DNA of 63,830 bases, counting the filler, from Folioceros fuciformis (taxonomy: Eukaryota), in NCBI GenBank assembly GCA_049999805.1. It is 15 parts of 15 records of this genome, joined end to end, with 100 filler letters (N's around TTAATTAATTAA, not from the genome) between each part and the next. Parts side by side here need not be neighbours in the genome. Positions count along the whole stretch, not along the records: positions 1 to 13,878 come from JBNGIO010000225.1; positions 13,979 to 19,571 come from JBNGIO010000228.1; positions 19,672 to 23,199 come from JBNGIO010000229.1; 12 more parts are not named here. The stretch is one strand, 5' to 3'. Positions 12,205 through 23,299 of this stretch are shown one piece after another. How positions within the stretch are numbered: position 1 is the stretch's first letter; every line of letters starts with the position of its first letter. A program made the position numbers and the translations under genes. Below the pieces are notes generated by a model. That model ran no database searches. It was not told the DNA's origin and saw only the letters and a program-made list of their open reading frames with translations.

Positions 12205-13878
12205 TGTGGGTCAACAATTTATCCCTCCTTATTGCCAGCATTTATTTGGCAGTTTACATCGGTGTCCGACTTGCCACAATTTGGCAGGATGATGTGTCAA
12301 ATTTTCAAGGGTGTAGATTTAAGCGACGCTGTGCACTCCTAAGCCTTAAAGGCTGGAAGAAGAGGCAATGATTCCTTGCCCAGAACACAGCAAACAGCTA
12401 GTTAGGAATTCTCTTCCACACTCAGAAATTCAACAGCGAATCAACACCGTTTCCCTACATGACGTGCACACACACACTCGCTCTCTCGCTTCTGGACCCT
12501 GGAAACTGAGCCTTTAAAAAAAAAAAAAACTGGTGAAAATGAAAAGTGGTCAAAACGTACAGCTCGTTTCACACGAAATAAGCACACATGATAGTTATTT
12601 GTTGTTCTTTAGCCAGGTGAATGAATGAAGATATGCCACACTCCTCCGGACGGAGTGTGAAGTGTCATCAGCGGGAGCCATTCTGATGTCACTCAATGCC
12701 AGCGAAAGGACAGGGCAGCAAAATGATCACCGTAGTGGCAGGTGGAGACTCTAGAAGCCAAGGCCCCTATCCCCCTCACTCGCACTTCTGCAATTCATGG
12801 AAGGAGGTTCCATCTAACGGCTTGGGGTGAAGTCATGATTGAGCCTCATGATGGCAAAAGGTGACACAAGCCGGAGCACCTGAATTCACCACCACCTCCT
12901 GATTCTGAAGCTTGTCGCTGCTGGATAGAGTAGAGCTAAGAGGCAGAGGATTCAACATGTCCACTGAAGAATGATTCCAATGCAAGGGGGTAAGCGGAAT
13001 AACTCCAATCCGGCGTACCCCGGGGGTTGCAGGCCTGTTCAGGAAAAAGGGGCATTCCAGCTACCTGCACTGTGGTGGTACAGCGCTTGCCATGTCTACC
13101 TTGAAAGATGCCGCACAGCTTCCTGCCCAGTCTGGGCGACTGGCTTCCGTGACTCACAGCGAGGCAATGCTTTGCGCTAGCAGCAGCAGTTGTTGAGGGA
13201 GCACGAATTGCAACTGGTAAGCTGGCTGGCTACCAACAACATCCCAGTACTACGACCCCGACCTGTTGCTTTCAAGCAATTTCCAAGTCCCAAGCCAACG
13301 CGAATGTGACGCCATGCACCCCTCTCTCACATATGTGAAGGGAATCCTTAGCCGTGCTCGACTCGTACTGACAAGCCTCCTGGCCAAGAACGATCCATCA
13401 CCCTAGCTGTGCCAGCCTTTCCGCCAACTAGACGACGCGAGGCATCCGTCACATCGCTCCCTTCCATAAATAATCGGGTGAGGCAGCCTCACCTCAAAGG
13501 TTGGGATCGAACAGGGACCGGCCGCTCCAGCACAGCTCACCTCACAGCACCACCACGACCGTAATCCGATTCCAAAACCAAGCCTATCCAATCTTGATCC
13601 AATCAAATGACCTCGGCTCCGAAACCGCACAGCAGGCTAGGGCCAGGCCAGCTTGCTTTCGTCTGGCTCCAGCGCACCAAATTGTAAACAAATCCCTGGG
13701 CATCAGCGGTCAAACACGGCACACCCCCGCTCACCTGCCACAACGGAATGGCCGTGGCCGCACACTCACTCCCCCGCCGGACCAGCTTACAGCCAAGTGC
13801 GACTGCGACGGCAGTGCGGGACAGGCGCAGCGGCAGGGGCAGGGGGCAGAGGCAGGTGAGGGGAAAGAGAGGCGGTTT

Positions 13879-13978
13879 NNNNNNNNNNNNNNNNNNNNNN
13901 NNNNNNNNNNNNNNNNNNNNNNTTAATTAATTAANNNNNNNNNNNNNNNNNNNNNNNNNNNNNNNNNNNNNNNNNNNN
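13879..13978. other. Artificial contig spacer 44N-TTAATTAATTAA-44N; identical spacers start at 19572, 23200, 28520, 32592, 33847, 36449, 39115, 42671, 45459, 49685, 51175, 60035 and 62286
   Basis: Constant 100-bp length with a six-frame-stop linker embedded in Ns. Confidence 0.98.
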
Positions 13979-14257
13979 TCTTGAGATTGCGATGCAGATG
14001 TGAGCAGATGCGAGTGCGCAGTGGCAACGCAAGAGCGGCGAGGGAAGGGAAAAACGGTTATATAAAATTAGAAAGTATCTTGTACATATATAGTGTTATG
14101 TCTGTTCATAAAACCATAAACTATTATTATATTCCCTTTACTCCCTCTTGGTTGTAATGAACAAAATAATAACTAAGCTTACTGCTTGCGTCCAAGACGG
14201 GAAACCCACATACTCCAGTGAGGAAGATCAGGCGCTTACATGTGAGTGACTTCTTCA
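13979..14257 (-). repeat. 3' LTR of Copia-A
   Basis: Matches 19525-19571; bounded by the PPT. Confidence 0.85.
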
Positions 14258-14419
14258 TCCTCCCTCAGATTAATTATTTTTTACATTCTAAGACAGATAA
14301 CTTACACTTATTTGTTTACATATATGCCTTCAGCCCTCTTAGATGAACTGAAAAGACAGATCAAAGACAAAAGCTATCACATAAACCTGTCAGCATGTTG
14401 CAAAAAAAAAAAGGTTTGT

Positions 14420-17400
14420 TCAATGGGCTATGCCCAATTTTTGAGTAGGTGTGATTTGGCTAATCCCTGCTACAGTAATATGTTTCTGATGCAGCAATTT
14501 AGGCAAAGCCTTAGTCAGAACATCTGCCACATTTTCTCCAGTAGGGACATATTGAACATCCACCTCTCCTGTATCATATGCCTGTCTAATAAAATGGTGT
14601 GTTATCTCGATATGTTTCGAACGGGCATGGAAGACAGGATTCTTCATAAGTGCAATGGCTGATTGGTTATCACACCACAGCCTAGTTGCTCCTGTTGGTA
14701 ATTGCTGAAGTCCACGCAAAAAGGAACGAATCCATATTACCTCTCGTGCTGCTTGTGACAATGCCCCGTATTCTGCTTCTGTTGACGACAAGCATATAGT
14801 TGTCAACTTTTTACTAGACCAGGATATTACAGAGCCTCCCAACAAATTACAATAAGCCGCTATGCTTCGTCTTGAATCGGGATCAGCAGCCCAGTCTGCG
14901 TCACAATAGCTGACAAGCTCCAGTCCCGTTGATTGCTTGGTATATTTCAAACCAAGACGTGGTGTACCTTTAACGTATCGAAGGATCCTTTTAACAGCTG
15001 ACCAATGTACTTCACCTGGGTTTTCTAAAAACTGTGATACATTGCTGACAGCTCTTGAAATGTCCAGCCTAGTCCATGCTGCTAAATAAAGTAGGCTACC
15101 TACAGCCTGCCTATAGGGACGTGTTGACATAAGATCTTTCGCTTCCTGAGTAGTAGGGCAATGATCCTTAGACAGCTTCTCGCCAGTGGACATCGGTGTT
15201 GAAACAGGTCGAGCTTCTCCCATATTAAAACGCTGAAGAAGTTGCGTGACAAAGTGCTCCTGGTGCAATTCAATAGTATGCCTGTCGTCTGAAAATTGAA
15301 ATTGAATACCCAGGGAAAAACGAAGCTGTCCAAGGTCAGCCATATCAAAACGTAATAATAATTCACTCTTAATCTTAGCCATTAAAGCAAGGGAAGTACA
15401 AAAGAGAAAGTTATCATCCACATAGACAGATAAAATCAGAAAGTCATCTCCATCCCAAAGGATATAAACTGTACTATCTGCATCCAAGCATGTGAAGCCT
15501 AACTCAATCAAATAAGCATGAAATGTTTCATGCCAAGCTCTGCTGGATTGCTTGAGACCATATATAGTCTTCTGTAACAAACATACTTTATCCTTATCCA
15601 TCACAAAACCTTCGGGCTGCTGCATATAAATCTCTTCCTCTAAGGTACCATTGAGGAAAGCGGTTTTGACGTCAAGTTGATGAACATGTAACCCATGATG
15701 AGCAGCCAAAGCCAGCAATACTCTGACTGAAGTAGCTTTGACCACAGGAGAAAACGTCTCGTTATAATCTAGACCAGCAACCTGACTATAACCCTTGGCC
15801 ACTAGTCTGGATTTGTAGCGGCCCACACTCCCATCTGTATTAAGCTTCTTCTTAAAAACCCACTTGCAAGCTATGGGTTTACGACCTCTAGGCAAGGTGA
15901 CTAGTTTCCAAGTATTGTTGGCTATGAGAGAATTATACTCGGAATCTATGGATGCCTTCCAAAACACGGATTCTGGACCCTCTACAGCCTCCTTGTAGGT
16001 AGCAGGTTCACCTAAGGAACTAGAGTCCAAAGCAACCAATCCAACTTGAAAAGAAGGGTCAAACCACTCTTGCATAGGGCGACGAAGACGAGTAGAACGT
16101 CTAAGAGGTATGTTTTCTTCAGGAGTACGAGCAGCATCCATAGCTGGAACAGGAAGAGCATCATCTAAAGCTGCAACTGGTTCCCCTACAACTATTGGGT
16201 CAGGAGGAGGAACAGAAGGAATGACTATATCTGACGGCATGGAGAGGTCAACTTCAACAGGTTCGGTAGAAGAAGAAGGTTGTGACGACTGTGTGCCCTC
16301 CCGGGAACCTGAAGAAGGGGAGCTCGTAGAAGTGTCAAAATAAAAAATAGAAACGTCAGTATCCTGGTCAGCAGCATAATCAACATCGTCGTCAACACCA
16401 TGAATAGAAACGGAAGCAGGCAAAGAAGAAGGAGACAACAGATTGTCATGTCGGCGCAACAAGGCATTCTCATGAAAGATGACACTGCGAGAATATGACA
16501 GCTGACGAGTAGTGGGGTCAAAAAGCTTATAGCCCTTTACATCTTCAGCATAACCCACAAAGATACGACGAACTGCCTTGGGATCAAGCTTGCTGCGAAG
16601 TTGTGAAGGTACCAAAGCATATGCTGGGCTGCCAAAAATTCGCACGTGAGTGATACGAGGTTTCTTGCCTGTCCATCGTTCATAAGGTGTGATGAAACCC
16701 AACTCCTTAATAGGTAAGCGGTTTTGTACATAGTTGGCTGCAACAAGGGCCTCCGCCCAATAACCACGAGTCAGCCCAGCAAAAGACAAACTTGAAAGAG
16801 TAGCTTCTTGAAGCGTTCTATTCTTCCTCTCAGCAAAAGCATTTTGGGCAGGAGTATAAGGAACAATGAATTGATGTACAACTCCCTCTCCAGCACAAAA
16901 GTCAGCAAAAACATGATTAACATACTCTCCTTCATTATCTGTACGAAAAATCTTGAGCTTGCATCCTGTCTGCCGCTGTGCCATTGCAACATAGTCTTGG
17001 AAGCATGTAAAAGTTTCACTCTTGCTATGAAGCACATATACGATGCAATATCGACTCCACTCATCAATAAAAGTGAGAAAGTACTGAGCACCCCCAAAAG
17101 ACGATGTTGACATCGGACCACACAAATCACTATGAACTGTATGTAAAAGAGAAGTAGCACGGGAAAGATTCTGGTCTCGGAAAGGTTGGGAAATAGCCTT
17201 GCTAACTTAGCAGGAGTTACAGAAGGCATTGTTGTCAAAAGGAAAAGACAACTGATCACGAAATACAGTATTATTTACTAACATAGAAAGACGTTGAAAG
17301 TTAACGTGACCCAAACGACAATGCCATAACTGAGTTGGAGACAAGGATGTTGAATGGCTAATATGTACTGTGGATTGGTGTGATAAGGTCCTGACATTCA

Positions 17401-19114
17401 AAAGATATAAATCATTAAATGGAGTACCAGAAAAAATGTCATCCCAACCAGGTATGCGAGATATAGAGCAACCCGTGTGATCAAAGCAAATTCTACAAGA
17501 GTGCTCCTCAGCCAGCTTCATAACTGACATTAAATTCTTAGTCATAGCGGGAACATAAAGCACACCTGACAAAGTTAAAACTTCCAAGTTGGGCAATTCT
17601 ATAGGAACTGAGCCTACACCCTTAATAGCAAGGCCACTATCATCCCCTAGCAGAACAAACTACAAACTGTCGGGAGAAGAAGAAAAACTGCTAAAAGATC
17701 TCCTATCATAACATATATGGCTAGTGGCGCCGGAATCTAAGAACCACATATCAGCCTGAATTTGAACAGAAGATAGGCAGACAGCTAGGATGGAAGGAGA
17801 CTTAGCCGAAGTTGATGGCTTGGAAGCAGCCAAGTTGGATTCATGAGACGTTCCTTCCTAGCGAGGTTCGCCAGCTTGCTTTTTTCTACAATCCTTCTCA
17901 AAGTGTCCTGGGTTGTTACACCAGTTACATGTAAGGATCTTCCTTTGTAAATTAGGCTGTTTGAATGTTGAGTAGCCACCACGTCCTTGTCCTCCACGGC
18001 CACGACCCCGGAAGCTCCCTCTGCCACGACCAGAAAATAAAACTCTTGTATTTTGTGGTCCAGAATCCTTGCCTTTATGGAAGCCTTTAGCACGTTCTTC
18101 AGCTAAGAGCGCTCCTATCAACTCATCCAAGGTAATGCCGGGAAGACCACTAGCTGCAGCTGAAGTAGCCCGGGCAAACTGCGAGCTCATAAAGTGATTG
18201 TAGCTGGAAGGTAATGACGCTAGCAGACATGTCCCCGCTTGTTCTTCAATAAGAATAGTACCACAATATGCTAGTGTTGCTCGTGCCGACCTGAAACGAT
18301 TTATGTAAGACTCAACAGAGTCACTTTCCTTCATTCGCATACCATAAAAGTCTCTGTGCGCAAAGACTTGTGAAGCATTACTTCTATCTTTGTATATTTG
18401 AGCAAAACTGTGCCAAACCGCTGCAGAAGTATCAGCACCAAGAGTGTGGGGCAACATGTTTCTGTCCAAAGAAGCAATCAGAATCGAACGTGCTCTTCTG
18501 TCCTTTCGTTTCCAGTCAAGCACATCAGCAGCATTTGAAGCTGTTACAACAGGGCATTTCTCACTATCATCTACGACATGCATGAGTTCTAGTTCCTCTA
18601 AAATCTGGGTCAGCCGAAGTGACCATGTATTGTAATCGTTTCCATTGAAACGATCCTTGTCCCTGAAGTCAATTTTCAGGGGTTGTTGAGGAAACGCTGC
18701 AATCGGGAATGAAAATGCCCCTGTCATTCCTGATGCTGATGTAGACGTGGTAGGTAAGATGCCAGCAGCAGTGTTGGCACCAGTTGGATGTAAGCCCCTT
18801 GGAGATGTGAAAGTAGCTTCCCCAGGTTGCTGAGTTCGCTGAGCTTCAATCTCCACTTCAAACCCTTGACCTCAAATCTGAGGACCAAGTCCTTCACGTC
18901 TCCTGTCTTCAGAAACACCGGCAGTATGTTCTTGTGAAAATAGGTTTTCAACATCAGACTGACCACGTTGAGCCTGTCCAGGCTGTATGTAGGGCTGGTT
19001 AACCTCCTCGTCACCAGCATCTAACAATCCTTCTCCTGCTTCAGGATGGATGATCCCTCCAGAATCAATGTCTTCATCATCTGGCGGTGGAACAGGCCGT
19101 CTCCTGGGCGGCAT
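14420..19114 (-). pseudogene. Copia-A gag-pol, one reading frame with four in-frame stops (18872, 17858, 17660, 17207)
   Basis: Zinc knuckle CNWCNNPGHFEKDC, protease WFLDSGAT, LWHCRLGH, integrase core, RT (QLDVKTAFLNG, YVDD) and RNase H (YCDADWA, DNQSAI), all in the same frame. Confidence 0.9.
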
Positions 19115-19863
19115 CACAGAAAAGTCAGTAGTCCGCCGCCGTTTGGCGACGCGCTGCAAGGAGGGAAGAGCCGCTAGTACGGGTTGCAGCCTTCACCGGC
19201 ATCGTCTGATGTCGCCTCAGCACTGAATCTGAGAAACACAACCTTACCGACGGCTGTGGTCTAATCCGGAAAGGTGCACCATCCCTACGATAAAGGAGAT
19301 TTGAAGAAGCTGCATGTCTCGGGCTCTGGGTCGATGTGCAGGAGTCACGCTGGGAGAAGTCGCGCTGACATTCAGAACACACAAACCCTTTCCGTGAAGA
19401 AAACCTCAATTCCCGATCTGCAGGCTCCTCCTTTCTTGGTGCACGAGGGACTGATCCCCTCTTTGGCATCCTCCGAAATAGCGCATCGGCGCTCACGATG
19501 CGGATCACCAGGGCTCTGATACCATCTTGAGATTGCGATGCAGATGTGAGCAGATGCGAGTGCGCAGTGGCNNNNNNNNNNNNNNNNNNNNNNNNNNNNN
19601 NNNNNNNNNNNNNNNTTAATTAATTAANNNNNNNNNNNNNNNNNNNNNNNNNNNNNNNNNNNNNNNNNNNNGATGCAGGGCCAGGCCTGCCTTCTTCTCC
19701 TTCCCGCTGATTTCTTGCCCCGTTCCCCTCCTGCCCTGTCTTGATTTCCTCCCCAATCTGCAGTCCTGCTGCTGGCGCTGCCATCCACCTCTTGCTCCTT
19801 CTTCTTTAGTCTTTTCTTGACAGCCTCGTCCTCCAAGGACTCCTCCTCTAGGCTATCCCCTAA

Positions 19864-22800
19864 TATAATTATACACGTATCGGCATGATCAGCGGTGGAA
19901 GAACACAAGGCAGAGAGTAGCATACACATGTTCACGAGAAGGATATGTCAATACAAACACGAGTGTCTTACAAAGTGTGTTGAGTAACCGTCTTAACCTG
20001 GAAATAAAATAACTGATTTCTACTGTTATGTTTTACTTATAACCCAAACGTAGTGGTTAACCTAGTGAGTGTATAATGAGTTAGTGTATGTAAACAAAGA
20101 TAACCCAATACGCCCCCTCAGACCTAACTCATGGCCTTATCTGGTCAGAGTAAGTTGCTGAGTGGCCAGGCGCACGCACAACCTCGAAACGCTATCCAGA
20201 GTGCTGACAGAGGACTGAGCTACCGACATGGCTGGAGCTTATGCACAGATCGCAGCTCACCTGCTAGAGCTAACCTCTTGCGATCATCCTCGCCGTCTGG
20301 ATTGTGCTCCCACCTAAACTTGATGCGCGACACAACAAGAGAGGCAGCAAGCACAGCACAAAACTGGAACACAAGCGCAGAGGTGCGCTGCTGGGAAAAT
20401 CTGAGATGATGCCTTCAACTGAAAAACAGCCGGCCTCCTCCCCGCGCTAGTATCAAGTCGAGAGAGGTTGAGCTTGCTGTCTTTAGGGCGGCATGCATGC
20501 AACCGCTGCCGGAAGATGAAGATGTGGACACGGCCTGCAAGCCTGGTAGTGTGGTGTTATGAAACCATCTGCTACTACGCCTTTGCTTAGATTGACTTGA
20601 CAGCTTCATCCAAAGACTAATAGCTGTTGCTCTTGGGTGCTGCAGGCTCGGCACTAGGGACTGAACTGTGCGTAACACACAAACGATGCCCGATACGTGG
20701 ATGTCCAAACGCTGCTGCAACCTGTTAGGCCGTAACTCAGTCATCCCTCTTCTTACGAGTAGCTTGGCTACTCTCCCCTTCCAGATAAGTCTGTGCTGAT
20801 GTTTGCAATCCTAGTGTAGCTCGATGCTGCTCATGTATGGCCTTTGGTAGTCCCTTTGTCAGTAAGTCAGCGACATTCTCAGAAGTGTGAACATACTCCA
20901 ACTGGATGACCCCTGTTTCTGCTGCTTGCCTGATAAAATGAAACTGTATTGCGATATGCTTTGATCTGGCATGCAGTACTGGATTCGCTGTTAGAGCGAT
21001 TGCCGACTGGTTATCACATTTCAACAATGTTGCTGAGGGCTGCTGCCAATGGATGCCGTCCAGAAATTGTCTGACCCATACTATCTCCCGTGCAGCTAAA
21101 GATAAAGCGCCATACTCAGCCTCTGTTGAAGAGAGGCTGACGGTAGTTAGCTTCTTTGACTGCCAGCTGATGGCAGAACCACATAACAGAAGACAATAGG
21201 CTGCTATAGACTTCCTAGAATCAACATCTCCAGCCCAATCAGCATCAGAGAAAGAAGTAAGAGTTAAATTCCCTGCTGCTGTGTATTGAATATAGAAGTC
21301 TTGAGTGCCTTTTAAATATCGTAGGATCCTTTTAACGGCCATCCAGTGCTTCTTACCTGGGTTGGCTAGGAAGCGAGAAACTATGCCTACTGCTTGGGAC
21401 ACATCCGGACGAGTCCATCCTGCCAGGTATAGCAGACTACCTACAGCCTCTCTGTAAGGAATAGATGCCATTTTTGCAGTCTCTGTTGGTGTTTTAGGGC
21501 AGTCTTCTAAAGACAATTTAGCACCTGTAGCTATAGGTGTAGTTACTGGATTGAGTTGTGAGAGGTTAAACTTTGACAGCAGCTGTCTGATAAAGTGAGC
21601 TTGGTGGATGGTGACGCAGGTCCTGTCTAAGCTAAAGCTAAATTGTATTCCTAAGGCAAACTTGAGAGGACCTACATCTGTCATGTCCCACTCCCGAGAC
21701 AACTCCATCTTAACCTCTGTAAGTATCTGCTCATCACTAGCAAAAAGAAAATTATCATCTACATAAAGAGCTATTATGCAAAGCTGATTAGCACGTTTCA
21801 AAACATAGACACTACAGTCTGCTACTAGAGGTACAAAACCTAGTTTGCGGAGCTTTTTATCTGCTCTTGAATTCCATATTCTAGCTGACTGTTTTAGACC
21901 ATAAAGTGACTTGAGTAACTTGCATACCTTTGCAGGATCCTTGATATAGCCCTCAGGCTGATGCATATAGATAACTTCATCAAGAGGACCATTCAAGAAA
22001 GCAGTTTTAACGTCCATCTGATGGACGATGAGCTTCTCTTTCACGGCATAACAAAGGAGGATTCTCATAGATGTGGGCTTGACTACAGGGCTGAATGTTT
22101 CGTTGTAGTCCAAACCCTGAACTTGAGTGTAGCCCCTAGCTACAAGGCGTGCTTTGTACCGAGCCACCGAGCCATCGGGATGCAGTTTCAGTTTGAAAAC
22201 CCACTTGGAGGTTATAGCCTTCCTGTCTGGTGGTAAGGTAACAAGTTCCCATGTGTTATTAGAAATGATGCTATCATACTCTGAGTTGATTGCCTTTTGC
22301 CATGCTGCTTTTTGAGGACCTGAGATAGCTTCCTGGTATGTGACAGGTGTATTGGGTGGATCTAAAATGGAAGAAGCTACAGTGTTTGTAAAAGCTGCAA
22401 GGTTAGTATGTGGTAATGCGTGCTGTTGACTGGACGCTAGGGTATCCCCTGGCTCATACGGTTTTTCTAACCACTCAGACCTAGGACGATGGACCCTAGC
22501 TGACCTACGTAATACCTGATGCTCTGGTTCAGGTTCAGGCACACATTCAGGATGTGGAGGTACCTCTGCCATATCTTGTTCAGGTAAAGTGGCATCAGTG
22601 TCCTGTGGAGCATACTCTGGATGATCTAGAACAGAGATGTTAGGTAAGTTGACGTATGGCTGAGGATTAGGAGCATGGATCTGTGGCAGTTGCTGAACAG
22701 TAGGAGTATCCGGAAAATCTGAAGGAAAAATGGCGATATCTATGTCTAACTGGTCGTCTTCCACTTGATTGGCGGGGTATGGCCATAAACAGATTGTTCT

Positions 22801-23199
22801 GAAAGTGGCTGATGGCTTGTAACAGAGTGCTGATGTGAAGTTAATATGAAACTCTCATTGAAACTCACGCTTCGAGCTAAGGTAAGCTGCCTTGTATAGG
22901 GATTGTATAATTTGTATCCTTTAGATTGCTCGGAATAGCCTATAAACACATGTTTAGTAGCTCTGTTGTCCATCTTACCACGTTTGTCGGCTGGTATATA
23001 TGCATATGCAGCGGCACCAAAAATGCGAAGATGACCAATCCTTGGCTTATGTCCACACCAACGTTCAAAAGGCGTATAGGTGAACAAAGGTTTGACAGGT
23101 AAACGATTCTGCACATAATTCACTGCTGCTATTGCTTCGGCCCAATACCCACGAGTGAGACCAGCTGAGGACAACGTTGCCCTACAGCGTTCTTGCAAT
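19864..23199 (-). mobile_element. Ty1/copia 3' portion (Copia-B): integrase end, RT, RNase H, ~620-bp 3' region, PPT, 3' LTR
   Basis: ORFs 22746-23198 and 20737-22764 joined by a frameshift; PPT TGAGGGGGCG 20111-20120; outer LTR boundary approximate. Confidence 0.9.
20737..23198 (-). pseudogene. Copia-B pol fragment (INT-RT-RH) with a frameshift near 22750
   Basis: [35 protein letters not shown]. Confidence 0.88.
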
Positions 23200-23299
23200 N
23201 NNNNNNNNNNNNNNNNNNNNNNNNNNNNNNNNNNNNNNNNNNNTTAATTAATTAANNNNNNNNNNNNNNNNNNNNNNNNNNNNNNNNNNNNNNNNNNNN

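Larger units (their letters stand above)
13979..19571 (-). mobile_element. Ty1/copia LTR retrotransposon (Copia-A), near full length
   Basis: 3' LTR 13979-14257; partial 5' LTR 19525-19571 identical to the start of it; PBS TGGTATCAGAGC 19513-19524; PPT TGAGGGAGGA 14258-14267; domain order gag-PR-INT-RT-RH. Confidence 0.95.

Noticed and set aside
13879-13978. TTAATTAATTAA palindrome recurring 14 times
   Set aside because: Always centred in a 100-bp N block; an assembly linker, not biology.
17207-18874. Idea that Copia-A stops are repaired by U-to-C editing
   Set aside because: Every stop codon begins with U, so the pattern is uninformative, and plant U-to-C editing is known only from organelles.
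19125-19508. 127-aa ORF right after the Copia-A PBS
   Set aside because: Non-ATG start in a GC-rich leader, no domain features.
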